From the NCBI GenBank assembly GCA_040879435.1, contig JBBDKG010000017.1, positions 2,060-66,059 of the forward strand: a stretch of 64,000 bases of DNA. Reading direction: 5' to 3'. Source of the stretch: Minisyncoccota bacterium. GTDB taxonomy: Bacteria; Patescibacteriota; Minisyncoccia; Phycocordibacterales; UBA918. Both the position numbers and the translations under genes were made by a program. Positions 28,825 through 40,932 of the stretch are shown here, one piece after another. Positions within the stretch are counted from its first letter, which is position 1. Every line of letters begins with the position of its first letter. The notes under the pieces were generated by a model. The model searched no databases, was not told the origin of the DNA, and saw only the letters and a program-made list of their open reading frames with translations.

Positions 28825-29139
28825 CTACCGTCTGATACTTCCGTTCGGATTGAACTTTCCCTGTACACCTCCCTGCATCTGCAGTAGCTTTGCCTTTGTC
28901 TCCGGACTCATGGATTTTTGAAGCTCTGCTTGATATTTCGGCAACACCTTCATAGCTGCGGCCATCTGATTGTTACCGTTCTTCTTTAGCTCCTCCTGCA
29001 TGTCCTTCGCAATCTTCTCAAACAACTTTGGATCCTTCTCCACCATTTCCATGATCAACTGCCGCTGATCCTCCGGTACATTCTTAAGCTGAGACTGGAT
29101 AAGTTTTTTAACTGCGTAGTTCTTTATTTTTCCAAACAT
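28825..29139 (-). CDS. Small helical hypothetical protein
   Basis: 104-aa K/Q/M-rich ORF with a -10 element upstream. Confidence 0.75.
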   Translation of the reverse strand: MFGKIKNYAVKKLIQSQLKNVPEDQRQLIMEMVEKDPKLFEKIAKDMQEELKKNGNNQMAAAMKVLPKYQAELQKSMSPETKAKLLQMQGGVQGKFNPNGSIRR

Positions 29140-29191
29140 TTCGCTATTTTATCAGACTGTTCACTGTATGGAAAACCAAAATTACCAAATA

Positions 29192-29220
29192 TTGACAACA
29201 TCGCATTAGTGATGTATCTT
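29192..29220 (+). promoter_or_regulatory. Sigma70 promoter with embedded inverted repeat
   Basis: TTGACA-17nt-TATCTT; ACATCGC..GTGATGT imperfect palindrome in the spacer. Confidence 0.65.
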
Positions 29221-29254
29221 TGGAGCCTTATTCATCACTGACCGAGAGAACGAT

Positions 29255-30835
29255 ATGAATGTTGTACGAAGTGTTGTGAACGACTTTATCACCTATTTCA
29301 ACCCGAAAACGCGCACAGGTCTCATTCGACTTGGTATCGCTGTGGCAGCGGTCGCTGTAGTCGGTGTTTTTGCGTTTCAGAATGGCGAAGAAGCTACCCC
29401 AGCTGAAGAGCAGGTACGCGGTGTGCAGATAGAACAAGTAGGTTCGTTCGGTACTGGTGGCGCTCTCACTCTCGTTGGTACTGTAAAGGCAGTTGATCAG
29501 GCGACACTCCAGGCCGAGGCCGGTGGGCGGGTGACAGCTGTACGGGTGGGACTTGGCGATACTGTCCGAGCTGGCTCTGTTATTGCAACGCTTGAGAACA
29601 GCAGTCAGTATGCGGCTGTTCTGCAGGCAGAGGGCTCATATGAGGCGGCGCTTGCTGCAGCAGCGCAAAGCGACATCGGCGTCGATCAGTCGCAGACCTC
29701 CCTTGTACAGGCGAAGAACAATGCGGTCAGTGTCGTACGCGGAGCATACAACACAGCCAACAGTGCGGTTCGAAACAACATCGACACCTTTTTCACCTCT
29801 CCTGATGCGCAGTTCACTCCCGGACTCCGGCTCGAAGGATACGGATACACATCATATCTCAATAACGAACGCGTATCGTTTCAGAATATCCTGACCCAGT
29901 GGCGCGGCGAAGCAGATACGCTTGATGTCAATGACGACCTCACCGCCGCTCTTTCTGCTGCAGAACAATGGACCGAGCGTATCATTGAAATGGTAGAGAC
30001 ATTCATTGTTCTATTGAATGATCAGCCGTCAGCAAGCGGTCGGTACACCAGCACCGAACTTGCGTCATACAGCGTGACCTTCTCCGCTCTTCGTGCGGAA
30101 CTGAACGCTACTCTCTTGTCCATCGAAAATGCCCGAACGACACTGCAAAGCGCAGAAGAAGGTGTGAGCCGAGCCAAGATCGGAGGCACCGGCGGTACTG
30201 TTTCCGCTGCGAACGCTAGTGTAAAGCAGGCGCTTGGCGCACTACGCAGCGCGCAGTCAACATACAACAAGACCATCATCCGCTCTCCGATCACAGGAGT
30301 GGTACAAACGCTGTCTGTTGATACTGGTGATTATGTGAGCGCATTCACGACCGTTGCGACCGTTGCCAACCAGAACGCTCTCGAGGTCACGACCTTTATA
30401 AGTTCTGCTGAAAGAGAGCGTATTGCGGTTGGAGACGTCGTAATGTTGCAGGACGGTGGCGAAGGGGTTGTTGTCGCGATCGCTCCGGCTGTTGACGCTG
30501 CGACCGGAAAGATCGAGGTAAAGATCCAGAGTCAGAGTGAGTTGCTTCAAAATGGTGATGTTATTGAACTCACGCTTGCCGGCGACGCTCCCGACACTAC
30601 CAGTGTGTCGACCGGACCGATCACCATCCCGATTGCAGCTATCAAGGTAGAGACCGACCGCATGGTGGTGTTCACCGTTACCGACGAGAATATTCTTGTA
30701 GCACACAAAGTGACTGTCGGGCCGCTTCTCGGTTCAGAGATCGTGATCATCGACGGCATTACAACCGACATGGAGATCGTAACCGACGCGCGCGGCCTCA
30801 ATGAAGGCGACCGCGTCACTATCCTGCCGAACTAG
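29255..30835 (+). CDS. RND efflux membrane-fusion (HlyD-like) adaptor
   Basis: N-terminal TM, lipoyl halves GGRV..GDTVRAG and IRSPITGVV..GDYV, long coiled hairpin. Confidence 0.9.
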   Translation: MNVVRSVVNDFITYFNPKTRTGLIRLGIAVAAVAVVGVFAFQNGEEATPAEEQVRGVQIEQVGSFGTGGALTLVGTVKAVDQATLQAEAGGRVTAVRVGLGDTVRAGSVIATLENSSQYAAVLQAEGSYEAALAAAAQSDIGVDQSQTSLVQAKNNAVSVVRGAYNTANSAVRNNIDTFFTSPDAQFTPGLRLEGYGYTSYLNNERVSFQNILTQWRGEADTLDVNDDLTAALSAAEQWTERIIEMVETFIVLLNDQPSASGRYTSTELASYSVTFSALRAELNATLLSIENARTTLQSAEEGVSRAKIGGTGGTVSAANASVKQALGALRSAQSTYNKTIIRSPITGVVQTLSVDTGDYVSAFTTVATVANQNALEVTTFISSAERERIAVGDVVMLQDGGEGVVVAIAPAVDAATGKIEVKIQSQSELLQNGDVIELTLAGDAPDTTSVSTGPITIPIAAIKVETDRMVVFTVTDENILVAHKVTVGPLLGSEIVIIDGITTDMEIVTDARGLNEGDRVTILPN

Positions 30836-30851
30836 TGTTATCCCTCATACT

Positions 30852-33800
30852 ATGTATACCGTCTGGAGCTTCTTCACCCATAAACGAAACTTTAGCTTTC
30901 TTGTACTCGGCGCGCTGATCGTCGCCGGGCTCTTTTCAGTGTTCTCGATCCAAAAGGAATCAAATCCTGAGGTGAAGATCCCAATGGGGATCGTCACCAC
31001 TACACTTCCCGGAGCATCGGCGGCCGATATGGAAACACTGGTCACGAACGAGATCGAGACAGTACTTGCCGGTTCCCTTTCGAATGTGAATCAGATCACC
31101 TCGGTGTCACAGCAGGGGGTGTCGACTGTCACCGTCGAGTTCAATGCGAGTGCGGACCTTGATAAGTCGATTCAGGACCTCAAGGACCGAGTGGATACTG
31201 TTGTCTCGGAGCTACCGGAAGATGCCAGCGATCCGCGCGTATTCGAAGTGGACTTCTCGCAGCAGCCGGTCCTCACATTCGCAGTGGCGGGCGACCTGCC
31301 TCCGTCTGAGTTCGCTACCCTCGGGCGCCAGCTGGAAGACAACCTTGAATCAATTCCAGGCGTTTCCAGCGTCTCAGTCTCCGGTGCACCGGAACGTGAG
31401 GTACAGGTGATCGTACGGCAAGAAGCGTTGCAGTCATTCGGGCTCTCACTCGCTGACGTCGTGTCCGCTATTCGTCGATCGAACGTGAACATACCGGTAG
31501 GGGCCATTGAAATGAATGGTGTTTCATATAACCTGCAGTTCGAAGCGGATATCGCGGATACATCCGAGGTTGGAAACATCATCGTGGCGAGTGAGAACGG
31601 GCGCCTTATATACGTCCGTGACGTGGCGCTCGTCGCTGACGGACTCAGTGAGATGACCTCCCTTTCACGTGTGTCGGTCGACGGTGAACCGTCCATGCCG
31701 TCTCTCTCGTTCGATGTCCAGAAGCGCACTGGCGGTAATGTTACCGAGATCACGCGCGCAGTGAACGAACGGCTTGAGGAATTGCAGCAGCAGGACGGAC
31801 TCCTCGAAGGTCTCACGGTGGTCACCATCTTTGATACCGGTGACTATCTGTTGCAGGACCTCATCACCCTTTCCACCAGCGGTATTCTCGCTGTGGTACT
31901 CGTAATGATCGTGCTCTTCCTCACCATCGGCTGGCGCGAGTCGCTGGTCGCTGGTCTTTCCATCCCTATCTCGTTCATGATCGCGTTCCTAGGACTTCTC
32001 ATGTCAGGGAATACGTTGAACTTCATATCACTATTCGCTTTGATCCTGTCGGTCGGTATTCTCGTCGACTCGGCTATTGTGATTGTGGAGGGGATCCATA
32101 CCAACATGCGCGCGTGGATGAAGGCAGAAAAGGACGCGGCAGTCGTCCCCACAAATCCACTGATGCGCACAGTTGCCATACGAAGCTCAGACTTTGGTGA
32201 GGTGGACAAGAAAAGCGCAGCGCTCAAGACCATTCGTGACTTCCATACCCCGGTGACCGCAGGGACAATGACCACGGTCGCTGTCTTCGTCCCTCTTTTC
32301 TTTATCTCGGGTATCGTCGGTGAGTTCATCAAGTCCATCCCGTTCACCATCATCTTTGTCCTCCTTGCTTCGCTGGTGGTCGCTCTCGGGTTCGTTCCCC
32401 TCATCGCATCTCTCGTGCTCAAGCGTCGCATGACCAGCAGGCTTGAAGAACGACAGGAGGAATACACGAATCGTGCGCTTGCGTGGTACAAAGGGATCCT
32501 TTCACGGTTCCTTCATGACCGGACACTTAGCAACCGCTTTCTCGCCCTGGTCATCGGTCTTTTCTTTGCAACGCCGATCCTGCCGATCAAAGGCATGTTC
32601 GCAGCCGCGATCTTCTGCGCGATCGTGAGTGGTACACTCTACCTTCTTCTCGAGCGAAATATTCGCTGGCTCATCCTGATGCCCGCTCTCATTGCATCGA
32701 TCGTACTTGCAAGCGTTCTGACCACGTTCCTTCCGTCATTTGCGACCATGAAGGTTGAGTTCTTCCCTGTTGGTGACGAGGACTTCCTTATTGTGGAGAT
32801 GGAGCTGCCTGAAGGCACGGTACTTGATGCATCTGAACTAGAAGCACGAAAGGTGGAAGAGATCCTCTATACAGAACCGACAATTGAATCATTCGTTATG
32901 ACCGTGGGTGGCTCGAGTGCATACTCAGGCACAGGAGCTAGTGCAGGAAGCAAACTTGCGAACGCATTCGTTCAGCTCTATGGAGATCGTAACGAAACGA
33001 GCGCTGAGGTGGCTGACCGTCTTTCTGAAAGTCTTTCAAGTATCCAAACATCTGAGATCCGGGTCACACAACTTGCGGGAGGTCCTCCTGTTGGAACACC
33101 GGTCCTGATCACATTTCGTGGCGAGGATCTTGAACAACTTGAAATGCTTGCGGTGGAGGCTGCACGCATCCTGGAGACGATAGAGGGTACGAACGCCATC
33201 ACGACCAGCACCAAGGATGATAGTCTGGAATTCCTCCTGACGGTCAACAAAGCAAAGGCGGCAGTCCTTGGTGTAGACCCTGCAGCGATCGCTGATACTG
33301 TGCGTACTGCTGTGTATGGCAGTACCGCCACAACCATCAACGTGGAAGAGGATATCGACGTTGTCGTGCAGATGGCACTGAACCGTGACTACCTCGACCC
33401 GCATGACACCAACCAGACAACAATCGACGCAGTGAAGCAACTTACCATCCAGACACCAAACGGTCCGGTATTGCTCGGTAGTGTGGTCGATGTTGAGCTT
33501 GCACGCGGTAGTGCAGCTATTCGCCACGATGATGAGAAGCGTATTGCAACAGCGGAAAGTCAGCTGGCTGACGGCGGGAACGTCGCTTTGATCGTCGCTG
33601 AGTTCGAACGTCGTGCAGCAGAAGAGCTCACCGTTCCTGAAGGTGTGGAAATGGTCATTGGCGGACAGAACGAAGAAACGGATCAATCATTTGCGGAAAT
33701 GGGGTACGCGATCATCGCGGGCTTGGTCCTCATGTTCTCCATTATCGTGCTGATGTTCAACTCATTCCGACATGCCATCTACGTCATTGCGCCCGCTTTC

Positions 33801-34178
33801 CTTTCCTTCATTGGTATCGCACTTGGCCTTACGCTCACCGGCAATGCGCTCTCCTTCCCGGCACTTATGGGACTTATTGCACTCGTAGGTATCGTGGTGA
33901 ACAACTCGATCATTTTGATCGATGTGATGAACTCACTCCGACGTGAACATCCGGAATGGGATAAAGCACAGTTCGTGCTTGAGGGTGCATCGTCCCGACT
34001 TCGCCCGATCCTCCTTACCACCACAACCACTGTGATCGGTATCGTACCGCTTCTCTTCACTGCTTCCTTCTGGGCACCGCTCGCACTTTCGATCATCTTT
34101 GGCCTCTCGTTCGCGGTGATCATCACCCTTGTGATGATCCCGATCATATACTTCCGCAACCCGGGATCGATCGACTAG
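30852..34178 (+). CDS. RND efflux permease (AcrB/AcrD/AcrF family)
   Basis: PGASAADME, GILVDSAIVIVE, GIVVNNSIILID, RLRPILLT. Confidence 0.95.
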   Translation: MYTVWSFFTHKRNFSFLVLGALIVAGLFSVFSIQKESNPEVKIPMGIVTTTLPGASAADMETLVTNEIETVLAGSLSNVNQITSVSQQGVSTVTVEFNASADLDKSIQDLKDRVDTVVSELPEDASDPRVFEVDFSQQPVLTFAVAGDLPPSEFATLGRQLEDNLESIPGVSSVSVSGAPEREVQVIVRQEALQSFGLSLADVVSAIRRSNVNIPVGAIEMNGVSYNLQFEADIADTSEVGNIIVASENGRLIYVRDVALVADGLSEMTSLSRVSVDGEPSMPSLSFDVQKRTGGNVTEITRAVNERLEELQQQDGLLEGLTVVTIFDTGDYLLQDLITLSTSGILAVVLVMIVLFLTIGWRESLVAGLSIPISFMIAFLGLLMSGNTLNFISLFALILSVGILVDSAIVIVEGIHTNMRAWMKAEKDAAVVPTNPLMRTVAIRSSDFGEVDKKSAALKTIRDFHTPVTAGTMTTVAVFVPLFFISGIVGEFIKSIPFTIIFVLLASLVVALGFVPLIASLVLKRRMTSRLEERQEEYTNRALAWYKGILSRFLHDRTLSNRFLALVIGLFFATPILPIKGMFAAAIFCAIVSGTLYLLLERNIRWLILMPALIASIVLASVLTTFLPSFATMKVEFFPVGDEDFLIVEMELPEGTVLDASELEARKVEEILYTEPTIESFVMTVGGSSAYSGTGASAGSKLANAFVQLYGDRNETSAEVADRLSESLSSIQTSEIRVTQLAGGPPVGTPVLITFRGEDLEQLEMLAVEAARILETIEGTNAITTSTKDDSLEFLLTVNKAKAAVLGVDPAAIADTVRTAVYGSTATTINVEEDIDVVVQMALNRDYLDPHDTNQTTIDAVKQLTIQTPNGPVLLGSVVDVELARGSAAIRHDDEKRIATAESQLADGGNVALIVAEFERRAAEELTVPEGVEMVIGGQNEETDQSFAEMGYAIIAGLVLMFSIIVLMFNSFRHAIYVIAPAFLSFIGIALGLTLTGNALSFPALMGLIALVGIVVNNSIILIDVMNSLRREHPEWDKAQFVLEGASSRLRPILLTTTTTVIGIVPLLFTASFWAPLALSIIFGLSFAVIITLVMIPIIYFRNPGSID

Positions 34179-34181
34179 CTT

Positions 34182-34226
34182 CAACACAACAAAAGCCAAC
34201 GACATACGTTGGCTTTTGTTGTGTTG
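34182..34226. terminator. Bidirectional terminator, 20-bp perfect stem
   Basis: CAACACAACAAAAGCCAACG-ACATA-CGTTGGCTTTTGTTGTGTTG between convergent genes. Confidence 0.75.
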
Positions 34227-34236
34227 GAGGTTCTGG

Positions 34237-34743
34237 TTATACCTTCGTCTTGAAGTATGCAAGCGTACCGTTGATGGCAAGTATTGCCACGATTACGATC
34301 GCAAGATACATGGTGAAAAACTGCGTGTATGAGAGCCCTACAAGGCCGATGGTCGAAAAGAAATACAATACGGCAAGCATGTACCATGAACCGGCCTGAA
34401 GTGCAGGCCCGAGGAAACGTGGCATGCGGTGTATGGTCATGAGTATTGCGTTTGCGAACAACACGAGCACTACCGTCCACGCAGCGAGTATGAACGGGTA
34501 CAGTGCATATGTGCCAGTTGCAATGTATACGAGGAGTGCTTGTCCGACCATTGTGAGGAGAATAGCGATCATCGCAATGCGAAGGATCGTATAGACAACG
34601 CCCATAAGGCGACGTTCTGATTGATCCATGTTGTTGTCCCGTACGGCGACAATATAGTTGACGACTGCGAGTGTGGATGAACCGACACCGAGTGAGACTG
34701 CGAGACTTTGTGTGAACGCAAGAATGAGGTATGTAATTTCCAT
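34237..34743 (-). CDS. Multi-TM hypothetical membrane protein
   Basis: 168 aa, about 5 hydrophobic segments, TATAAT upstream. Confidence 0.8.
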   Translation of the reverse strand: MEITYLILAFTQSLAVSLGVGSSTLAVVNYIVAVRDNNMDQSERRLMGVVYTILRIAMIAILLTMVGQALLVYIATGTYALYPFILAAWTVVLVLFANAILMTIHRMPRFLGPALQAGSWYMLAVLYFFSTIGLVGLSYTQFFTMYLAIVIVAILAINGTLAYFKTKV

Positions 34744-34821
34744 ATGGTTGTATTATATGACCTTCCGACTCAATGTTCGTATTAGGTTATACACAATCGT
34801 ATTTATTTGCTACACTTCTCC

Positions 34822-34992
34822 TGGACAGTTCATGCGCATCTCCTCCGTATGCGCATGAGCGCCGAATACTGATCTGTCACATGCGAACCGCAGTCCCCAA
34901 CCCGCCGTTACTCCAGCGGTTCGTTTAACGACACTGATGTACTAGGCGCCTTGCGGCCGGCTCTCAGAATAGAGTCGGCCGCCTCCTATTTT
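34822..34992 (+). ncRNA. Candidate structured small RNA
   Basis: TGnTACACT extended -10 at 34808-34816, three consecutive hairpins, the last followed by TTTT; no convincing ORF. Confidence 0.5.
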
Positions 34993-35006
34993 GTATCAAC
35001 CACTAG

Positions 35007-35035
35007 AAAATGCCCGGAAATTGCCCGGGCATTTT
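35007..35035. terminator. Bidirectional terminator
   Basis: AAAATGCCCGG/CCGGGCATTTT. Confidence 0.7.
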
Positions 35036-35037
35036 GT

Positions 35038-35319
35038 TCATACTCCGATCTCATCACGCTCACTCCTTTTCCGCCCGCCAATTTTTGCAAACAGTTCAAG
35101 GAGTTCGAGTGTTGGGCACCGCCCCTGTCCTTTTAACAGAGGGAAATACCTGTTCAGGTTCTCTGGAGACATCGCAAGTCCGACTGCCTGCAGAATAACC
35201 GGAATGTCATCAGGATCGTCCATGTATGAGTTTTGGATCAGATAGACCTCTTTATCTGCGATCGTCCTGCTGATCGCCCAGCGGCCACCCTGCATATACG
35301 GCAGGTATGCTTTCTCCAT
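35038..35319 (-). CDS. Orphan 93-aa protein downstream of an attenuator
   Basis: ATG at 35319 with AAGGAG SD; terminator directly after the stop. Confidence 0.65.
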   Translation of the reverse strand: MEKAYLPYMQGGRWAISRTIADKEVYLIQNSYMDDPDDIPVILQAVGLAMSPENLNRYFPLLKGQGRCPTLELLELFAKIGGRKRSERDEIGV

Positions 35320-35340
35320 CGTGCTCTCCTTTGAAAGAAC

Positions 35341-35416
35341 AAAAAAGCCCGCGTGAGGCGGACTCTGTTTTGGACAACTGTTTCTCACTCATCCAAAATA
35401 CAACCCGTCTCGCGGA
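35341..35416 (-). promoter_or_regulatory. Transcription attenuator (terminator/antiterminator)
   Basis: Terminator AGTCCGC-CTCAC-GCGGGCT plus T-run; leader-ORF segment TCCGCGAGACGGG can pair across it. Confidence 0.65.
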
Positions 35417-35460
35417 GCATTGAGCACGACCACCAGAACTGATGAGGGGCTGTATTTCAT
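35389..35460 (-). CDS. Val/Leu-rich leader peptide (23 aa)
   Basis: Manual translation MKYSPSSVLVVVLNAPRDGLYFG*; TATAGT upstream; terminator about 25 nt after the stop. Confidence 0.6.
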   Translation of the reverse strand: MKYSPSSVLVVVLNAPRDGLYFG

Positions 35461-35515
35461 AGTGTATAGACTATATCATAGGTGTACTCATTCGCCACAA
35501 CCATATAAGGTTAAA

Positions 35516-35767
35516 CTAAAGCAAAATAGAAACCTGATTCTCTCCAACTTCAACAGTTCCTGACATACATTCGAACGATTCGGTCTCACCATCAGTGTTT
35601 TTCACTGTGATAGTACCTTGTTTCAATGGTGAGATAAAAGCTTCATGCTGAGGGAGTATGGTCATTTCTCCTTCCGCGCCCGGTACCGTCACAAGTGTCG
35701 CAGGCGCATCAAAGACCGGCCCGTCAACACGTGCGATCATGAGATGAAATGTTTTTTGTTCTGCCAT
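35516..35767 (-). CDS. atpC: ATP synthase epsilon (N-terminal beta domain only)
   Basis: VPGAEGEMTILPQH motif; last gene of the atp operon. Confidence 0.9.
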   Translation of the reverse strand: MAEQKTFHLMIARVDGPVFDAPATLVTVPGAEGEMTILPQHEAFISPLKQGTITVKNTDGETESFECMSGTVEVGENQVSILL

Positions 35768-35768
35768 A

Positions 35769-38083
<2,315 letters not shown>

Positions 38084-38096
38084 GGTCTGCAACTAT

Positions 38097-39674
38097 CTAT
38101 CCCTTTGCTACGAAAAGATCTGCATGCGTGTCGCGGAAATCTTTAATGGCGCTGTTGAGTTTTTCGGTTGTGTCATCAGAAAGGTCATGTTTGGTCTCGA
38201 TCTCTGAAAGAATATCGCTCCGATCACGCTCAATAAACGAAACGAATGCAACTTCGATCTCACGTACCCGCTCAACCGGCGCGTTCGCAAACAGTCCATT
38301 GTTCGCACCGTAGAGCGCAACCGCCTGTTTATAGAACGGGATCGGATCATTCTGTCCCTGCTTCAGGAGCTCCACATACGTGCGTCCGCTCTCAAGTCGC
38401 GCCTTGGTTTCATCATCAAGGTCAGACGCGAACTGCATGAAAGCTTCCAGCTCACGAAACTGCGCAAGCTCAAGCTTTATCTTCCCGGACACTTTCTTCA
38501 TCGCCTTCGTCTGCGCGGCAGAACCCACGCGCGACACCGAGTTACCAACATTGATCGCCGGTCGGATACCTTTGTTAAAGAGATCGCCTTCAAGGAAGAT
38601 CTGTCCATCGGTGATCGAGATCACGTTGGTCGGGATGTATGCGGAGATGTCTCCCTCCTGGGTTTCAATGACAGGGAGCGCTGTGATGGAACCACCACCA
38701 AGTGCTTCATTCAATTTCGCTGAACGCTCCAGAAGTCGTGAGTGCAGGTAGAAGATGTCTCCAGGATATGCCTCACGTCCCGGTGGACGGCGAAGAAGAA
38801 GGGAAAGCTGACGATACGCAACGGCGTGCTTCGAAAGATCGTCAAAGATCACCAGGACGTCCTTCCCCTTCTGCATAAAGTACTCACCGATCGCCACACC
38901 GGTGAAGGGTGCGATGAAGAGCATCGGGGACGCCTCCGCCGCTGAGGTCGCCACAACGGTCGTATACTTCATTGCACCCGCTGCCTCAAGCTTTGCTACG
39001 ATACTGGCTGTCTTCGAGCGCTTCTGCCCGATGGCCACATACACGCAAAGCGGACGTGTCTCCTCCGGCTCGTTCTGCTGGTTGATGATGGTGTCGATGG
39101 CCACTGTAGTTTTTCCGGTCCCGCGATCACCGATGATGAGCTCGCGCTGACCTCGTCCGATCGGGATCATGGAGTCGATGGCTTTGATACCGGTATGCAA
39201 GGGTGTGTTCACACTCGCACGATCCATCACTCCGTATGCCACGCGCTCGATCGGCATGTCGCTGTCTGTCTTGATCGGACCATTCCCATCGATGGCCTCA
39301 CCGAGTGCGTTCACCACACGACCGATGATGGCGTCACCGACCGGAACCGAGAGAAGCTTTCCGGTGCGAAGTACCCGCATTCCTTCCTTTATCCGAGCCG
39401 ATTCACCAAGCACCACCACCTTCACCGTATCTTCCTCGAGGTTGAGAATGAGTCCATAGAGTACCGATTCATCCTTCAGGATCTCCTCGAGCGGCTTTCC
39501 GTCACTGTCATCAAAAACGACCATCTCCATCATTTCCGCCTTTGAGAGGCCGTCGATCTCAGCAATGCCGTCGCCGACAGAGATAACGCTCCCGATCTCT
39601 GCAACAACGCCTTCGGCTGTTGTGTCGAGTGATTCGATCTCTTTCTTGATACGGTCAATAATTGGTGAACTCAT
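38097..39674 (-). CDS. atpA: ATP synthase alpha
   Basis: GDRGTGKT and [12 protein letters not shown] motifs. Confidence 0.98.
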   Translation of the reverse strand: MSSPIIDRIKKEIESLDTTAEGVVAEIGSVISVGDGIAEIDGLSKAEMMEMVVFDDSDGKPLEEILKDESVLYGLILNLEEDTVKVVVLGESARIKEGMRVLRTGKLLSVPVGDAIIGRVVNALGEAIDGNGPIKTDSDMPIERVAYGVMDRASVNTPLHTGIKAIDSMIPIGRGQRELIIGDRGTGKTTVAIDTIINQQNEPEETRPLCVYVAIGQKRSKTASIVAKLEAAGAMKYTTVVATSAAEASPMLFIAPFTGVAIGEYFMQKGKDVLVIFDDLSKHAVAYRQLSLLLRRPPGREAYPGDIFYLHSRLLERSAKLNEALGGGSITALPVIETQEGDISAYIPTNVISITDGQIFLEGDLFNKGIRPAINVGNSVSRVGSAAQTKAMKKVSGKIKLELAQFRELEAFMQFASDLDDETKARLESGRTYVELLKQGQNDPIPFYKQAVALYGANNGLFANAPVERVREIEVAFVSFIERDRSDILSEIETKHDLSDDTTEKLNSAIKDFRDTHADLFVAKG

Positions 39675-39677
39675 AGT

Positions 39678-40076
39678 TTAGATACGTGATGAATTGATAA
39701 TGTTGCGGTACAGGTTATATAGTGTCCGTTTATAGCTATTGTCTGATCGTTTGTCCTTAGTGGTGACCATGAATCCTCCGATAAGGGTATCGTCGATAAC
39801 GGTCTCTGTTGGCACCGGGACATCGAGCGCCGCACACACTGCTTTGATGGCTGTTTTGTGCCGTTTCTCATCACCGTCCGTGCCGAGCGTGAGCGTCACG
39901 TTGGTGTCACGCAACCGTGCAAGTAGCTGGCGGTATAGGATCGCAAGAATGCGGCGCTTCAGCTTTCCGTGTCCCCTTCGCGCCAATGCTGCATTAAGAC
40001 CGGCAAGGGCATTCGCCGGACGCATTCCGGCGTTCAGCTGATCCATCAGTGCTTGTGCGTAGTGCTTAGGGGTCAT
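39678..40076 (-). CDS. atpH: ATP synthase delta (short)
   Basis: YAQAL N-terminus, IDDTLIGGF..D.S C-terminus; lies between atpF and atpA. Confidence 0.85.
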   Translation of the reverse strand: MTPKHYAQALMDQLNAGMRPANALAGLNAALARRGHGKLKRRILAILYRQLLARLRDTNVTLTLGTDGDEKRHKTAIKAVCAALDVPVPTETVIDDTLIGGFMVTTKDKRSDNSYKRTLYNLYRNIINSSRI

Positions 40077-40086
40077 GAAATGATAC

Positions 40087-40536
40087 TTACGAGGTCTTCT
40101 CACGAAGGACCTTCTCTGCAGTGAGTACGGCAAGGCGAGCGATCTCTGCCTCGCTTTCAGTACGTGCACGTTCCGCGATCTGCTCACTCTTCACGTTCGC
40201 TGCAGCAACAATGGATGCGGCCTTTTCTTCAGCCTGCTTCACGGTCGTATCGCCGATCTCCTCAGCGTGCGCACGTGCTCGTGAAGCTACCTGCTCAGCC
40301 TCTCCATGAGCCGCTGCAAGGATCTCCTTCCGTGATTCGTCAGCTGCAGCACGCGCTGCTGCCGCTTCCTCTGCATCTTTAACTCCCTGCTTGATCTGCT
40401 CTTCACGTTCCGAAAGGATCTTGAGCACCGGCTTATACAGGAAGTGCGTCAATACAACCGCAAGGACGGTGAAGTTAAGGATCTGTACGACAATGAGTTT
40501 TACGTCAACGCCGAATGCTTCGAGTAATTGTTCCAT
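40087..40536 (-). CDS. atpF: ATP synthase b
   Basis: QILNF..LYKPV..L.ER then coiled coil. Confidence 0.95.
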   Translation of the reverse strand: MEQLLEAFGVDVKLIVVQILNFTVLAVVLTHFLYKPVLKILSEREEQIKQGVKDAEEAAAARAAADESRKEILAAAHGEAEQVASRARAHAEEIGDTTVKQAEEKAASIVAAANVKSEQIAERARTESEAEIARLAVLTAEKVLREKTS

Positions 40537-40587
40537 ATGCTTAGGGTAAAGCTCATAACGCGTCGATTCGACGCAGTTTTAATGGCT

Positions 40588-40869
<282 letters not shown>

Positions 40870-40932
40870 TTAGTTACTAATGGACAACTATGAGCCAACC
40901 TGTACAGCAGGCTCATGATTACCCACTAACTG

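Noticed and set aside
35430-35460. CTGATGA hammerhead-ribozyme core on the plus strand
   Set aside because: No matching GAAA core or stems; the sequence is explained by the minus-strand leader peptide
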